A DNA stretch of 64,000 nt from Prorocentrum cordatum (taxonomy: Eukaryota): the NCBI GenBank assembly GCA_963575745.1, contig CAUYUJ010000003.1:558001-622000 (forward strand). The letters are read 5' to 3'. The notes under the pieces are model-generated. The model saw only the letters and a program-made list of their open reading frames with translations. It searched no databases and was not told the DNA's origin. Below, piece by piece: positions 37,161 to 50,000 of this stretch. Each line of letters opens with the position of its first letter. Within the stretch, counting starts at the first letter, position 1. The translations under genes and the position numbers were made by a program.

Positions 37161-37354
37161 CTGTCGCGGGCCGCCCGCAGACCTGGCGGCGCGCCTTGGA
37201 GCATTTACCCCCCGCGCCGAAAAGTGCCGGAAGGATTCAGGAAAGCTGGCGGGCGAGCTAAGCATCGCTCGCTGCTTGCACTAACTACCAGCTGGCTTAA
37301 TAATTTTGCCAAACGCCGCGGCGAAATGGCACGGGCAACGCTGCATCTCCACGG

Positions 37355-37570
37355 CGAACCGAGAACCGAGAACCGTGACCGCACCGAACCGAACCGAACC
37401 AAAACAAGAAACATGTAAAACCGAACCGGACCGAACCGAATTCGTTCAGAACCAAACTGGGGGGGCCGAGCTGGGGGGACCGAGCCGGACCGAACCGAAT
37501 TCATTCAGAACCGGGACCGAACCGGAACCGGGTGGCCCTCCGAACCGAACCGACGTGAACCGAACCGGAC
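37355..37570 (+). repeat. (AACCG)n-rich repeat
   Basis: Dense accgaaccg/gaaccgg pentamers. Confidence 0.85.
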
Positions 37571-37869
37571 GTCCCAGGCCGACGACCCCCTGTACCCCAA
37601 CCACCCTGGAAGACGACGACGCTCGAGGCAGCCAGTGCCGAGGCTTGAGCCAATCTGTACAAGCAGTGACGATGATGACCATGACGGATATGAGGACGCC
37701 GGGGCGGGCCGGGGCGGGTCGGCGCAGGTCGGGCGGGTCGTCCGCGGCGGACCGCGCAGAGGGCGGGCCCCTGGCAGGGCGGGCCCCTTCGGCGCCCCCC
37801 CCCCGCGGCCGCCGCCGCGGTGCCAGGGTTCCCGCGGGAACCGCCCCGCCAGCACTCAACTGCGCGCCC

Positions 37870-38450
37870 CCCCCGTCGCGACCCTCCCCGTCGCGACCCC
37901 CCTGTCGCGACCGGCACCGTCGTGACGCCCCCCCGTCGCGTCGCGACCTCCTCCGTCGCGACCCCCCCGTCGCGACCCCCCCGTCGCGGCCCTCCCCGCG
38001 ATCGCGACCAGCCCCGTCGCGACCTCCCCCGTCGCGACCCGCCCCGTCGCGACCGGCCCCGTCGCGACCCCTCCGCCGGGACCACCGTCGCGACCCTTCC
38101 GTCGCGACCCCCGTCGCGACGGGGGGGGGGGATCGCGACCCCCCCCCCCGGTCGCGAACCCCGCGCCATCGCGACGCCCCCGTCCCGAACCCTTCCGTCG
38201 CAACCGGCCCCGTCGCGACCCCCCCTCGTCGCGATCGCCGTCGCACCCCCCCGTCGCGACTGGCCCAATCGCGACCGGCCCCGTCGCGACCGGCTCCGTC
38301 GCGAACGGCCCCGTCGCGACCAGGCCCCGTCGTGACCCCCCCCGTCACGACCCCCCCCCGTCGAGACCCTAGCAACCCCGCCTGCGGCGACCCCCCGTCG
38401 CGACCGGCCTCGTCGCGACCCCCCCATCGCGACCACCCCCGTCGCGACCT
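37870..38450 (+). repeat. ~15-bp minisatellite with palindromic GTCGCGAC core
   Basis: ccccgtcgcgacc recurs more than 20 times. Confidence 0.9.
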
Positions 38451-38769
38451 GATGCTGAGCGCGCGCGTCTTGCACAGATCCGCGAGCGGTGGGAGATCGC
38501 CCGCGCACTTGGCCCTGGGGCAATCGCGCCAGCTAGGATCCGCGGCGGCGACCGCGGCGGGGCAAGGGCGCGCGGCGCGCGGTGCGCGAGCGCTAAGATG
38601 AGTCGAGCCTAACTGTGCATCGGATCCGCAAACAGCCGCGGCGACATGCCCCCCCTCCCTCCCCCCTCGCGCCGAGGGGCTCCTTAGACGAGGAGCCCCT
38701 GGCCGCTGCCTCATGTATGCGAGGAGCCCCTGGCCGCTGCCTCGTGTAGACGATGTTGACCCTTGTGAA

Positions 38770-41553
38770 TCGGAAAAAAATCAAGATTTCTCAGAACACC
38801 AGTTCGGCCTTTTCGGACACCCATGTTGGGCCTCTTGGAAAATCAACCGAGCCGATCTAAATAGATAGGGTTTTTGCTTACAGCAAAAACCTATCTCAAT
38901 ATATCGGCTCTACAAAACATGTTCTTTTTAGACCACCAAGATCTAATTAGATAGGCGGATCTAGATAGATCGGCGCCGCTCTAAATAGATAAGAAGTCTA
39001 AAAACATCGGAACAGATTCTCATGGCATGTCGAAATCGCGCAAACGATCCTGCGCGCGCTCTGGGGGGGCAGGGGCAATCCGCGTCGAATAATATCGCGC
39101 GGGCCGGTCTCGCGCGTCGGCCGCGCGCGCGTCGAACTCCTTCCGGAACCTTCATCGCCGACGCGAGGGCGCCGTCGTCGTCCTCGGGGCGATCGGAATC
39201 GGCGCCGTTGCTGGCCGCAACTTCGCCGTTTTCGCCGTCGTCACAAGCGTCGCCGCCATCGTCGCCGCGTCTACCGCTGTCGACGTCGAAGCGGCACCGC
39301 GCCCGCCCAAGCGGTCGTCTCGCGCTGCAGCGCCCGCCGGGAAGCGCCGGGAAATCGGCGCCACTGCGGTCGCGCCGGTCGCGCCAGACTAGCTGGCCGC
39401 AGCGCGCGCGAGCAAGCGCAGCCTAGCGCGGCCGCAGAGATGCACCAGCCAACGCCAACCGCCCATCGCAATCGCCGCCGCGTGTGTTTTGCAGAACAAG
39501 TTGCGGGCGGGCGAGCGGGGCGATTGCGCGAGCAGCGGAGTTGGCAACTGCAAGTTCCGCAAATGCATTCCCTGCACTCAAGGAACATTGGCATCTCCCC
39601 CCCCGCCCCCTCCTGGATTCAACCGCCCCCATTTTCGCGTTGCAGTTGACGCGCGATTCCGCCCCATCGCCCACCCCAAGCATGAGCGCGCGCCGCCCCA
39701 GCCAGGCCGGCAACGCCCCCCCCCCCCCCCCCCCTCACTTTTTGCAACAGAAAACTACGCGCACGCACCCGCTAATCAAAACTCATCAGTTGCCCAGAAT
39801 CCCTCGCAGCAGATGGGACGAAGCGCGCGCGCGTCGTCGCGCGCGCATGCCGGAACCCTCGAAAAACACATTCGGCTTCATGGGGATTCCAACGTCGAGC
39901 GCCCACGCACTTGATAAAACATGATATCGCAACATCAGCGCTCAAAACCAATCGCGCCCGGGCTCTTGCAAAACCCCTAGAAAACAAGGAGGTTCAACTT
40001 GCTACCAAGCAGGCCCCTCGCGCGCGCACGTCGGAATCGCTCGAACGCCTTCTCGCGCGCGCTGTCGCCAGAAGCCCCTGCAAACACATGGGCGAAGCGC
40101 GCGCGCGCGTCGTCGCGGGCGCGCGCCGAAACCATTCGAAAACATCCGGTGTTGCATAGATTTCAACGACGAGCGCCCCGAAAACATAAAACACATGGTT
40201 CTGCAACAACAATGCTCAAAAATGCCCGCGCTCGCGCTCCAGCGAATTCTCGAGAACACAGAATTGCTGTTCAGCGAAATTCAGCCAGGCGGGCCCCTCG
40301 CGCCGCGCGTCGAAATCGCTCGATCGATCTCGCGCGCCCTGGGGGGGGGGCGCGACCCGCGTCGAATAATGCCGCGCGGGCCGCTCTCGCGCCTCGGCCG
40401 CGCGCGCGCGTCGAACTCCCCTCCGAAACCTTCGTCGCCGGCGCGGGGGCGCCGCCGTCGTCGCCGGCGCGGTCGGCGTCGGCGCCGTCGCTGGCCTTGC
40501 CGTCGCCGTTGTTTCCGTCGTCGCCAACATCGCCGCCATCACCATCGCGTCTACCGCCGTCGACGATGCCACTGTACCGCGCCCGCCCACGTCGCCGACT
40601 CGCACTGAAGTGCCCGCTGGGAACTGCCCGGCTGCCAGCGCCACCGCGGCCGCGCCGGTCGCGCCAAACTATCCGCCCGCTGCGAGCGCGAGCGCGCGCG
40701 GTCCAGCGCGGCCGCAGAGATGCACCAGCCAACGCCAAGCACCCATCGCAATCGCCGCTGCATGTGTTCTGCAAACCAGGTCGCGGGTGCGTGGGCGACC
40801 CATTGCGAACTGCGAGCAGAAATCGATTGCTCTACATAAACTTGCATTTCTACAGAAATTCTACGATCTCTGCCACCCCCGCCCCCCCCGCGTCAACGGC
40901 CCCCCTTCTCGCGTTGCAACTCGCGCGTGGTTCTGCCCCATCGTTCATCGCAGATATGAGCGCGCGCCATCCCAGGCCCGCCCGCATCGACCCCGGCCCC
41001 CCCCCCCCCCTCATCCTCTGCAACAAACCTCAACAAGTTTCGAGTGCCCATTGCGGCAGATTGGGCGAAGTGCACGCACGCGCGTCGTCGCGCGCGCAGA
41101 AATCCTTCGAGGACGTCTGGCTTCCTGAGGGAGTCAAAACCGAGTGGCGTCACGAAAATATGCACAACGAAAAACATAAGGGTTCACAACTTGCATGTTC
41201 AAAAAAAGCTCGCGCTCGGGCGCTTGAGAATTCGTGCGAACATTTTATTTTTCATACCCAAAAACCATAAGATGCTACCGAATGGGCCTCTCGCGCGCGC
41301 AGGTCAAAATCATTCGAGCTTGCGCGCGTGCTGGCGCAAGAACCCCGATGTGAAAGATGAGGCGACGTGCACGCGCGCGCGTCGTCGCGCGCGCATGACG
41401 GAATCTCATAGAAAACCGAGGTTCCGCAAGGGTTTCAAAATCGAGTGCCCCCGATGCAGATAAGGCGCTAGTTATGCAACATCACTACTGAAAACAGCCT
41501 GCACCGGGCCTCTCGCGCCGCATGCCGAAATCATTCAAACGACCTTGCGCGCT

Positions 41554-41597
<44 letters not shown>

Positions 41598-42100
41598 CGT
41601 GACCCGTTTCAAATGGCACCGTGCGGGCCACTCTCGCGCTTCGGCCGCGCGCGCATGTCGAACTCCACCCAAAACCTTCATCGCCGACGCGAGGGCGCCG
41701 ACATCGTCGTCGGCGTGATCAGCGGTCGACGTCGCTGGTCGCGCCGTCGTATAAGTCACCATCGTCACCGACATCGCTACATTCATCACCGCGTCTACCT
41801 TAGACGACGTTGCCATTGTACCGCGCGCGTCCAAGTCGCCGACTCGCACTGAAGTGCCCGCCTAGCGGCCAGCGCCACCGCGGCCGCGCCGGTCGCGCCA
41901 AACTATCTGGCCGCTGCGAGCGCGAACGCGCGCGGGCTAGCGCGGCCGCAGAGATGCACCAGCCAATCCCAAGCACTTATCGCAATCGCCGCCGCATGAG
42001 TTTTGCAAACCAAGTCGCGGGTGGGTGGGTGGGATGATTGCGCGAGCAGTGGAGTGGGCAACCCACCGCGAACTGCGAACAGAAATCTGTTGCACTACAT
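38770..42100 (+). repeat. Tandem array of ~1.25-kb GCGCGCGC-rich units (about 2.5 copies)
   Basis: The marker aaaccttc(a/g)tcgccg(a/g)cgcg(a/g)gggcgccg occurs at ~39147, ~40425 and ~41671. The ggccgcagagatgcaccagccaa block is repeated. Confidence 0.85.
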
Positions 42101-43597
42101 CGATTCTTTTTCAAGCGAATAATCGTGCAAACCATGTTGTGGGCGGGTGGGTGGGATGATAGCGCGAGCAATGGACTTGACAACTTCAAGTTCGACAGGG
42201 CGAATTACATCACATAGGTTCCACCATGATTGTTGCATAAACGATAACTCGCGACACAAATTCTACCACATATATTGCACAACCGCATATTTTGCATAAC
42301 ATAGATTGTACCACATAGGTTGAACTGCGTATATTGCACAACGTATATAGCACCACTTAGGACCTCGACTGCTAGAAACACACTGTTTGGGGCCCACGCT
42401 GGCTAGCATTCAGGTTCTCGCCTGTTCGGGTTTTCTCCTGTTTGTATTTTCGACCGCCCACGACGGCCCAAGAGGCCTCCAAAAGGCCTCCAAGATAGCT
42501 CCCCGATAACCGAGGAGGCCTCCAATAGGGCCCCAAATCAGCGAAAGAGGATTCAAATCTTGCCCAAAAGGCTCCCAAGAGGGTCGCAAGACGGCCATGA
42601 AGCGCTCAAAGAAGGCACCATGACGGCACAGAGGGGCCCCCAAGACGGCATCCGAAGGCGTCAGACGGGCCAAGGATTCCCCAAGACGACCAAAGGAGCC
42701 CCAACAGGCCCCAAAACCCCCTAGGAGGTCCCCCAGGAGGCCCAAGAGAGCCTAAAAGAAGCCGCCCCCTCCTCGTCCTCATTTTCTCCATGTCCTCCTC
42801 CTCCTCCTCCTCCTCCTCTTCCTCCTCCCTACCGCGCGGACGAGGACGAGGTCGAGATCACGACCCTCCCCAGGCCAGACCAATCGCAAAATTGGCGCAA
42901 GGCGTGAACTCGACAACCTTCCTACCGCGCGGACGAAGACGAGGTCGAGTTCACGACCCGTCCAAATTCAGACCACTCGTCGGAATATGGCTGTTCCTAC
43001 ACTCAGCCTCTTTCCTGCTGCGCTGTTGCACAGGTTCGGTGGCAGGGTTTGCCGTCGGCAGCTGGATAGCGGCATAGCCACAACGACGAGCGCGCTCACG
43101 ACGAGCAACGAGCCCGCGAACAAATCGACGATGCTGCATCACCGCGACTTACCCGGATGCGGCGCACACCATGACGCGACAACAAGGGCTTGCGCGGTGC
43201 CCCTCCGGGCACGTGACGTGGGTCAAAGTGGCCACTGACAGGAAGGATACGCAACAGTGGCCACATTTCTGCTGACAGCCCAGACATCCGACGACGTGGT
43301 TCTTTCGATACGCGGCCCGAAAGAGGTACAAATCCCTTTACGACCCAACGATTTCCTGCTCGGAGGCGCACTAAGCCGGTCAGCACAAACAGAGGTCGGA
43401 CAGGGCCCCGTCGCGAAGCCCAGCCAGCCGCTCAGTAGTTCCCAAACCCGGGTCAGCGGAGGGCGGAAACGGGGAATCGGCCCCGCATGGCTCCCAAACC
43501 CGGGTCAGCCAGGGTGGAATGGCTGACCCTCGTTAGCGCTGACCTTGGTTACATGAGCCCCAACCCCTGTGTCAGCATCGGAGCTGGGGAGTGCGTC

Positions 43598-46500
43598 CTG
43601 GTACGCCTCCCTCAGGGTCGACAGCTGCTCCCTCAGCATCTCGTTCTCCATGGAGGGCTCTCCGCCGTGGGGCTGGGCCGATGTGAGCGCCTGCGGCCAG
43701 ACGCGCCTCCTCCTCCTCCTCCTCCTTCTCCGACTCCTCCTGCTCCTCCTCCTCCTCTTCCTCCTCCTGCTCCTCCTGCTCCTCCTCCTCCTCCTCCTCC
43801 TCCTCCTCCTCCTCCTCCTCCTTCTCCTCCTCCTCCTCCCCCCCGCCATGCTCCTCATCTTCCTCCTCGCCATTCTCGCAATCCTCCCCTCAGAACCTTC
43901 TCCTCGCCAAGCTCCTCATCCTCCTCCCCCTGCTCCTCCCTCGCTCACCTCCTCTGGGCGCCCTTTTCGCTGCTCCTGGCGCCTGGCCGCTCCGTTGCCT
44001 CACCTGGGCCCCTCCTCAGTCCTGATTTCGTCTTCTCGCGGTGCCCTGAGGGCAGACATGAAGCACGAGGGCACGGAGTGCAAACGATGAGAAAGCTCGC
44101 AGGATGATGAGGAGGCGGCGGCGGGAAGGAAGGGCTGTGGATCGTCGTCGTCCTCCTCCTCCTCCTCCTCCTCCTCCTCCTCCTCCTCCTCCTCCTCCTC
44201 CTCCTCTGGGGAAGGGGCGGGCGAGGCCCTGGAGCTGCACCTCAACAGCAGCGGGGGCTGCTGGGCTGCGACCCACCCGAGATGCTGAGCCCTGGCAGGT
44301 CAGGCTAGTGAGTAGGCTCCGATAGCAGGGGACATGTCGACCCATATCTCGGGAGCGGTCAAGAGGGGGGTCTCCAAGAGGGGGGGATGCAAATCATGAC
44401 CGGCGGCATGTGCGCGGCCCAGCGGGGGGGCCAGGAACGTAATGAAATAAGAAGGGACGCCATGACATCTGGGGAAATTTCATGGCCCCCGCCATGATAT
44501 CAACCCCCGTCTAGACATCACCCCCCTCTTTCCCGCCCCCGAATGTCCCAGGCTTCGTGGGGCTTTCGAATGGGCCGGAAATTTGAGGCCCCACCCTGCG
44601 AATTACGATGGGGGGGCGTCCATCCTCCATAGGGGTGCGTCCGAATGGGCCCTTGGGGTGTATCTCAGTGTTTCCATTCTTTTCTGAGCGGCTTCATTTT
44701 TCGTCGAAAAGTCGGGACCTGGGGGAGAAACATCGCCTGCGATCCGAACCCCTGGCTGGCGCTCTGGCCAAGCACTCCGCAAACTCCGAGCCCGAATCAC
44801 GTGCACGCCGAGGACGAGTCGCCGAAGCGTGCTGGCCGATCAGGAGTGACCTGGGCAGACGTACCAGCTACCGACGGCCGTCGAGGGCGAGTCTTCCGGG
44901 CCTCTTGAGGCCCCTTGAGCGCCTCTTGTGCCTTTTTTCTCTTGAGTCCGAAAAATTGTACAGCCCGCAGGGAGCACGTCATCGCCTGTCGCCACCGTAG
45001 GTGCGCTTGCGGCAGGACGCGCCACCGTAGGTGCGCCTGCGGCAGGACGCGCACATCCCCAGCCCAGCGACGCCCCAACTGCTGTCCCCCCCCCGCCCTC
45101 AGTCCAACTCCTGGAGCGGTGCCGTGCTCACTTCGACATGTCGGCCTGGGGCAGGATGAACTGCAAGCCCAAGAAGGCGATAATGGGCCCCACGAGGACC
45201 GCCACGAGCGCGACCAGCTTGAAGATGGTGTCCACCGGGTCGAAAGCCTTGGCCGCATGCGCCGCTGTTGGCACGGCGGCCGCCGCCACCCCGAGCAGCG
45301 CAGCGTGCTGCACCGGAGGCAAGTCGGAGGGCGGCGCCCGAGGTGCTGCAGCGGGCGGGGGCACGAAGGTGGTCGCCACAAAGGCGCCCGCAGCCAGGAG
45401 GACAGCGACGGAGAGCAGCCTGGAGCGAGCGGCCACCATCGCGCTCGAATGTGCCGGAGGAGCTCGGTGAGCTTGCCGGGGCACGGGTGGAGCGAGCGGG
45501 TCCAGGCGTCAGCAAGGACGGCTTGAGCCAAAATGACTACGGAGCGCCTCTTGCGACTTCTTGGTGTCTCTTGAAGGCGTCTTTACAGTCTCTTGAGGGC
45601 CTCTTGGGGCCACTTTGAAGCCTCGGAAGCGCATCTCAGGCGAAAAAGCTGGAAAGGCAATATGTAACGGTTTTCCATCGGTTGTTGAAGGATTTCAGCT
45701 TCTTGGGCTCATCCCCGGGGGCGTTTTGAGAATATCTTGGGCACTCTTGGGAGCACGTTCGGCCGTTTTGTGAGCATCTGGGGCCGTATTGGAAAAGTCT
45801 TGGGCCGCCTCGGGGGCTCCCTGGACCGTCATGGAGGTTCTTTGGGCTCTCTGAGGCCATGTCCGAACGTTTTTTTGCAGTCTCGGAGGGGTCCAAGATC
45901 CCCGCCACCGACATGGGGATCTGCTGTCTGCCCTTAGGGCCCCCGGCCCTGGACACCCGGTATATGTACATAGTGAAATCGGTAGATACATACAAGCATA
46001 CATAACCTCCACCGTGCCCTCGAGGCACGAAATGGAATCCTCAGGTCATTTGCCGGATGCCGTAAACCTCAGTCCTTCATCCTGGGTGTCCTTGCAAGGG
46101 CCCAGAACGCAAATTGCGAAATCTTCTCGGGCGCGTCGCGTGGCCCCTGGGGCTTGGGGTGTCTTGTCGCGTTACTTTTTCGGGCCCGAAAGGGCCCCAA
46201 GATGAGCCCAGACGGCCCCAAGTGGCCGCCCAGACGGTCCAAGAGGGCCCAGAATCGCCGCACGACCGGTTGAATACGCCCAAGATGGCCCCAAGACAGC
46301 CCACATGCCTTCGAGGTGCCTCAAGAGAGCCCCAAGAGCCTTCTCAAGAGGGCCCTGAGAGGCCAAGATCATTAATTTTACTGTAGTTGTTCAATGTTGT
46401 TTCAGGTCACCCACTTTTCGAGCTTCCGATGCTCCAAGACGGGCCAAGAAGCCCCCAAGACCGCCTCAAGGCCCCCGAGAAGGCCCCCAGGCGGCCCAAG

Positions 46501-47000
46501 AGCGCTCCAATACGGCCTCAGGGGCGCCCAGGACGGCCCAGGAAAGCCCAAGGGCAGCCCCAAGAAGGGCCCAAGAGGAGGAACACGATCGGAAAATCCA
46601 AGTCATCCGCGCCAAGAGGCTCCTAGAAAGCCCAGAAAGGAGGCGCAAGGATGCCCTCAAGTGGCCTCCAAGAGACCCCCAAGAGGCCCCCAAGACGCCG
46701 ACAGAAGCTCCAAAACAGCGCTCAAACCGCCCCCCAGAGACCCCAGAGAGACCCCCCGCGACATCCTAAGGAACACCCTATAGGCAGACGATCCTATACT
46801 CAGGCACAGGGCGGGAGGAGCCGAAGGCCATTAGATATAGTGAGAACGTCAGATCGTGAGATCGATAGATGGATAGTGAGGCGGGTAGATCGTGAGACCG
46901 ATTGGGGTTGCTCGATGGATGGGGAAGATTGTCCCGATGGTTGTCCCGTCATTGGCTCCATCCCCCACGACCCAACCTCTTTATCGGCTTCTGGCCGGTC

Positions 47001-47058
<58 letters not shown>

Positions 47059-50000
47059 GTCGGAGGATGGTTTTCCAAGCTGGTGTTCCCGCTGCAATTT
47101 TGACATAATTTCAGGATCCGCACTTTGCTCCCATCGTTCAGGATGGCGATCTTGCCCCATAGCGGGCCACATTTCTGAATCCGAAACGATCCTCGTCGCT
47201 GTCGCCCCCCTCCTTTCCTCTCCTCAGCTTTCCCCTGGTCCTGCTGCTCTTCCCGTTCATCTTACTCCTGCTGCTCCTTCTCCTCCTCCTCCTCCTCCTG
47301 CTCATCCTCCTGCGCATCCACCACATCCTCCTCCCTCCCCATTGCGCACACATGCCATTGCTATTTTTCCCGTGCAAGAATCGCCTGCAAGTTCGCTCGC
47401 TTTGCCAGTTCTCTGTGCGGTGACAAATGCAAAAACAAAAACTGCACTGGCCCCGGACTCGGGTTAAAACAGCCGGTGCGATTGACAATCGCTTTTGCCA
47501 ACCACGCTGCTCAACTCCGCTTCCAATCAAGAGGGCTATCATCACACCCCACGAAGCTCACGGCCGCAGGCACGTACCCGCCTGAAGCTCGACAGCGGCG
47601 ACGCAGTACACTGAAGGGCCGGCTGGGTAGACGTCACGAATGCAGGGAGGAGGAGCAGAGGAGAGGAGGAGGCGGCGACAGAAGGGAGGAGCCAAGCGCG
47701 CGCGTAGACCCGACTCCACGGCCAGTGCCGGAGAGGGTACCCGCACAGAGGACCCACACGAGCTGAAAGCATCTAAGCTGGGGCAAAGCCTCATGCCTAG
47801 GTAGAGGGGCTACGCAAAGTGGCGAGTTGAAACGTGAAAGATGTGCTCAAATGGATCAAAGGAAAAAGGAGGAGGAAAAATGTGAATGGATGTGTTCACA
47901 TGCCAACGGGCATAACGGCATAACACAGTGTGGCCATGCTGGGGATTCTGGGTCCGCTATGGAGCACATCGGTGGATGTGTAAGAACCCTCTCAGTAAGA
48001 AGGCATGCGCGGGCGGGGTAGGAAGTCGGATATGGCACGACCGCACCTAGCACGTCCTCCTCCCCTCCTCTTTCTCGTTCTTTCTCCTCTTACTCCTCCT
48101 CTTCCCCTCCTCCTCCTCCTCCTCCTCCTCCTGCTCCTCATCCTCCTCCTCTTCATGTCTCTTCCCTTCTCGTCCTCCTCATCATCCTCCTCTCCTCATT
48201 TTGTCTACGCCTCCCCATCTCTTCTAAATCCTGGTCCTCATGTTCTACTCCTTCTCCTCCTCCTCGTCCTCCTCCTCCTCGCCCTCCTCGTTATCCGCCT
48301 CGTTCTTTTCTTATTCGGCGAAGAGAAAGCATCAACAACATTATTCTCCTACGCCACAGTGCCCTTCTTCCTCCTCCTCCTCCACTCTCTCTTTCTTCGG
48401 CAAGCTGCAAGGAGCCTCTCCGCCTGAAGAAGCGCCTGCGAGCAGGCAGGAAAACATCTACAGGGCTCGCCGCCTGAGGAGGGCACCGTCTATACACCTT
48501 ACACAGGTTCTGGACAGGCCCAATCCAGGGCCACAGGGTTGTCGTGAGCTGGGCATCGGTGCAGGCGCACAGCTGACGCCCTCAGACGTCTCGTCGTTGT
48601 CAATATAGTCCTCATCTTCCTCGCCGTCCCCATCCTCGTCTCCCTCCTCCCCCTCGTCCTCGCCGTCCCTTGTCCTCGTCTCCTTCCGCCTCTTGTGGCC
48701 GCTGGTGCTGCTCCCGTCGACTGCTGCTCCTCATCATCGGAAGAAATTGGCGGAGCAACTGAAACCACCCCAATTGCAACTGGGACTGCCCCGGTGGCGC
48801 AGAGGGGGCCGGAGGCGGGAGGAGCAACTGAGAAGGGTGGGCGGCGCAACTGGGCCAGCAACTGACCCAACTGCCCCACACTGCCCCAACTGACCAAACT
48901 GCCCTGCCTCAGACTGCCCCAAACTGCTCCAGAATGCCCCAACTGCCCCAGACTGCCCCAACTGCCCCGCAGTGCCCCAACTGCCCCAGACTGCCCCAGA
49001 CTGCCCCGACTGCCCCACACTGCCCCAACTGCCGCAGACTGCCGCAGACTGCCCCAGACTGCCCCAACTGCCCCAAACTGCCCCAACTGCTCCAAACTGC
49101 CCCAACTGCCCCAGACTGCCCCACACTGCCCCAAATGCCCCAGACTGCCCCAGATGCCCCAAGTGCCCCAGACTGCCCCAACTGCCCCAATTGCCCCAGA
49201 CTGTCCCGGAGTGCCCCAGACTGCCCCAGACTGTCCCGGACTGCCCCAGACTGCCCCAACTGCCAAGGGGGCCGGAGGCGGGCGGAGCAACTGAGACGGG
49301 TGGGCGGAGCAACAGGGCCAGCAACTGACCCAACTTCCCCAGACTGCCCTAACTGTCCCAGACTGCCCCAGACTGCCCCAGACTGCCCCAACTGCCCCGA
49401 CTGTCCCCAGACTGCCCCAGACTGCCCCAGACTGCCCAGACTGCCCCAACTGCCCCAACTGCCCCAGACTGCCCAACTGCCCCAGACTGCCCCGACTGCC
49501 CCAGACCGCCTCACTGCGCCAACTGCCCCACAGCCCCAGACTGCCCCAGACTGCTCCAGACTGCCCCAAGTGCCCCAGACTGCCCCAACTGCTCCAGACT
49601 GCCCCAACTGCCCCAGACTGCCCCAGACTGCCCCAACTACCCCAAGCTGCCCCAACTGCCCCAGACTGCCCGAGACTGGCCCACACTGCCCCCCAGACTG
49701 CCCCAACTGCCCCAGACTGCCCCAGATTGCCCCAGACTGCCCCAACTGCCCCAGACTGCCCCAACTGTTTCAGATTGCCCCAACTGCTTCAAACTGCCTC
49801 CACTGCCCCAGACTGCCACAGACTGCCCAGACTGCCCCAGACTGCCCCAACTGACCCAGACTGCCCCAACTGCCCCAGACTGCTCCAACTGCCCCAGACT
49901 GCCCCAACTTACCCATACTGCCCCAACTGCCCCAGATTGCCCCAGACTGCCCGAACTGCCCCAGAATGCCCCAACGGCCTTACACTTCCCCAGCTGCTGC

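Noticed and set aside
37644..37660. TTGGCTCAAG on minus, and ATTTTTCGGACTCAAG at ~44941-44956, as further SL relics
   Set aside because: They match only the 3' 10 nt or need gaps; the TCCG 5' half is missing, so chance cannot be excluded.
45128..45439. Assigning the symbol psb30/ycf12
   Set aside because: Similarity is limited to a TM helix with GP; the typical C-terminal RxGNL is absent.
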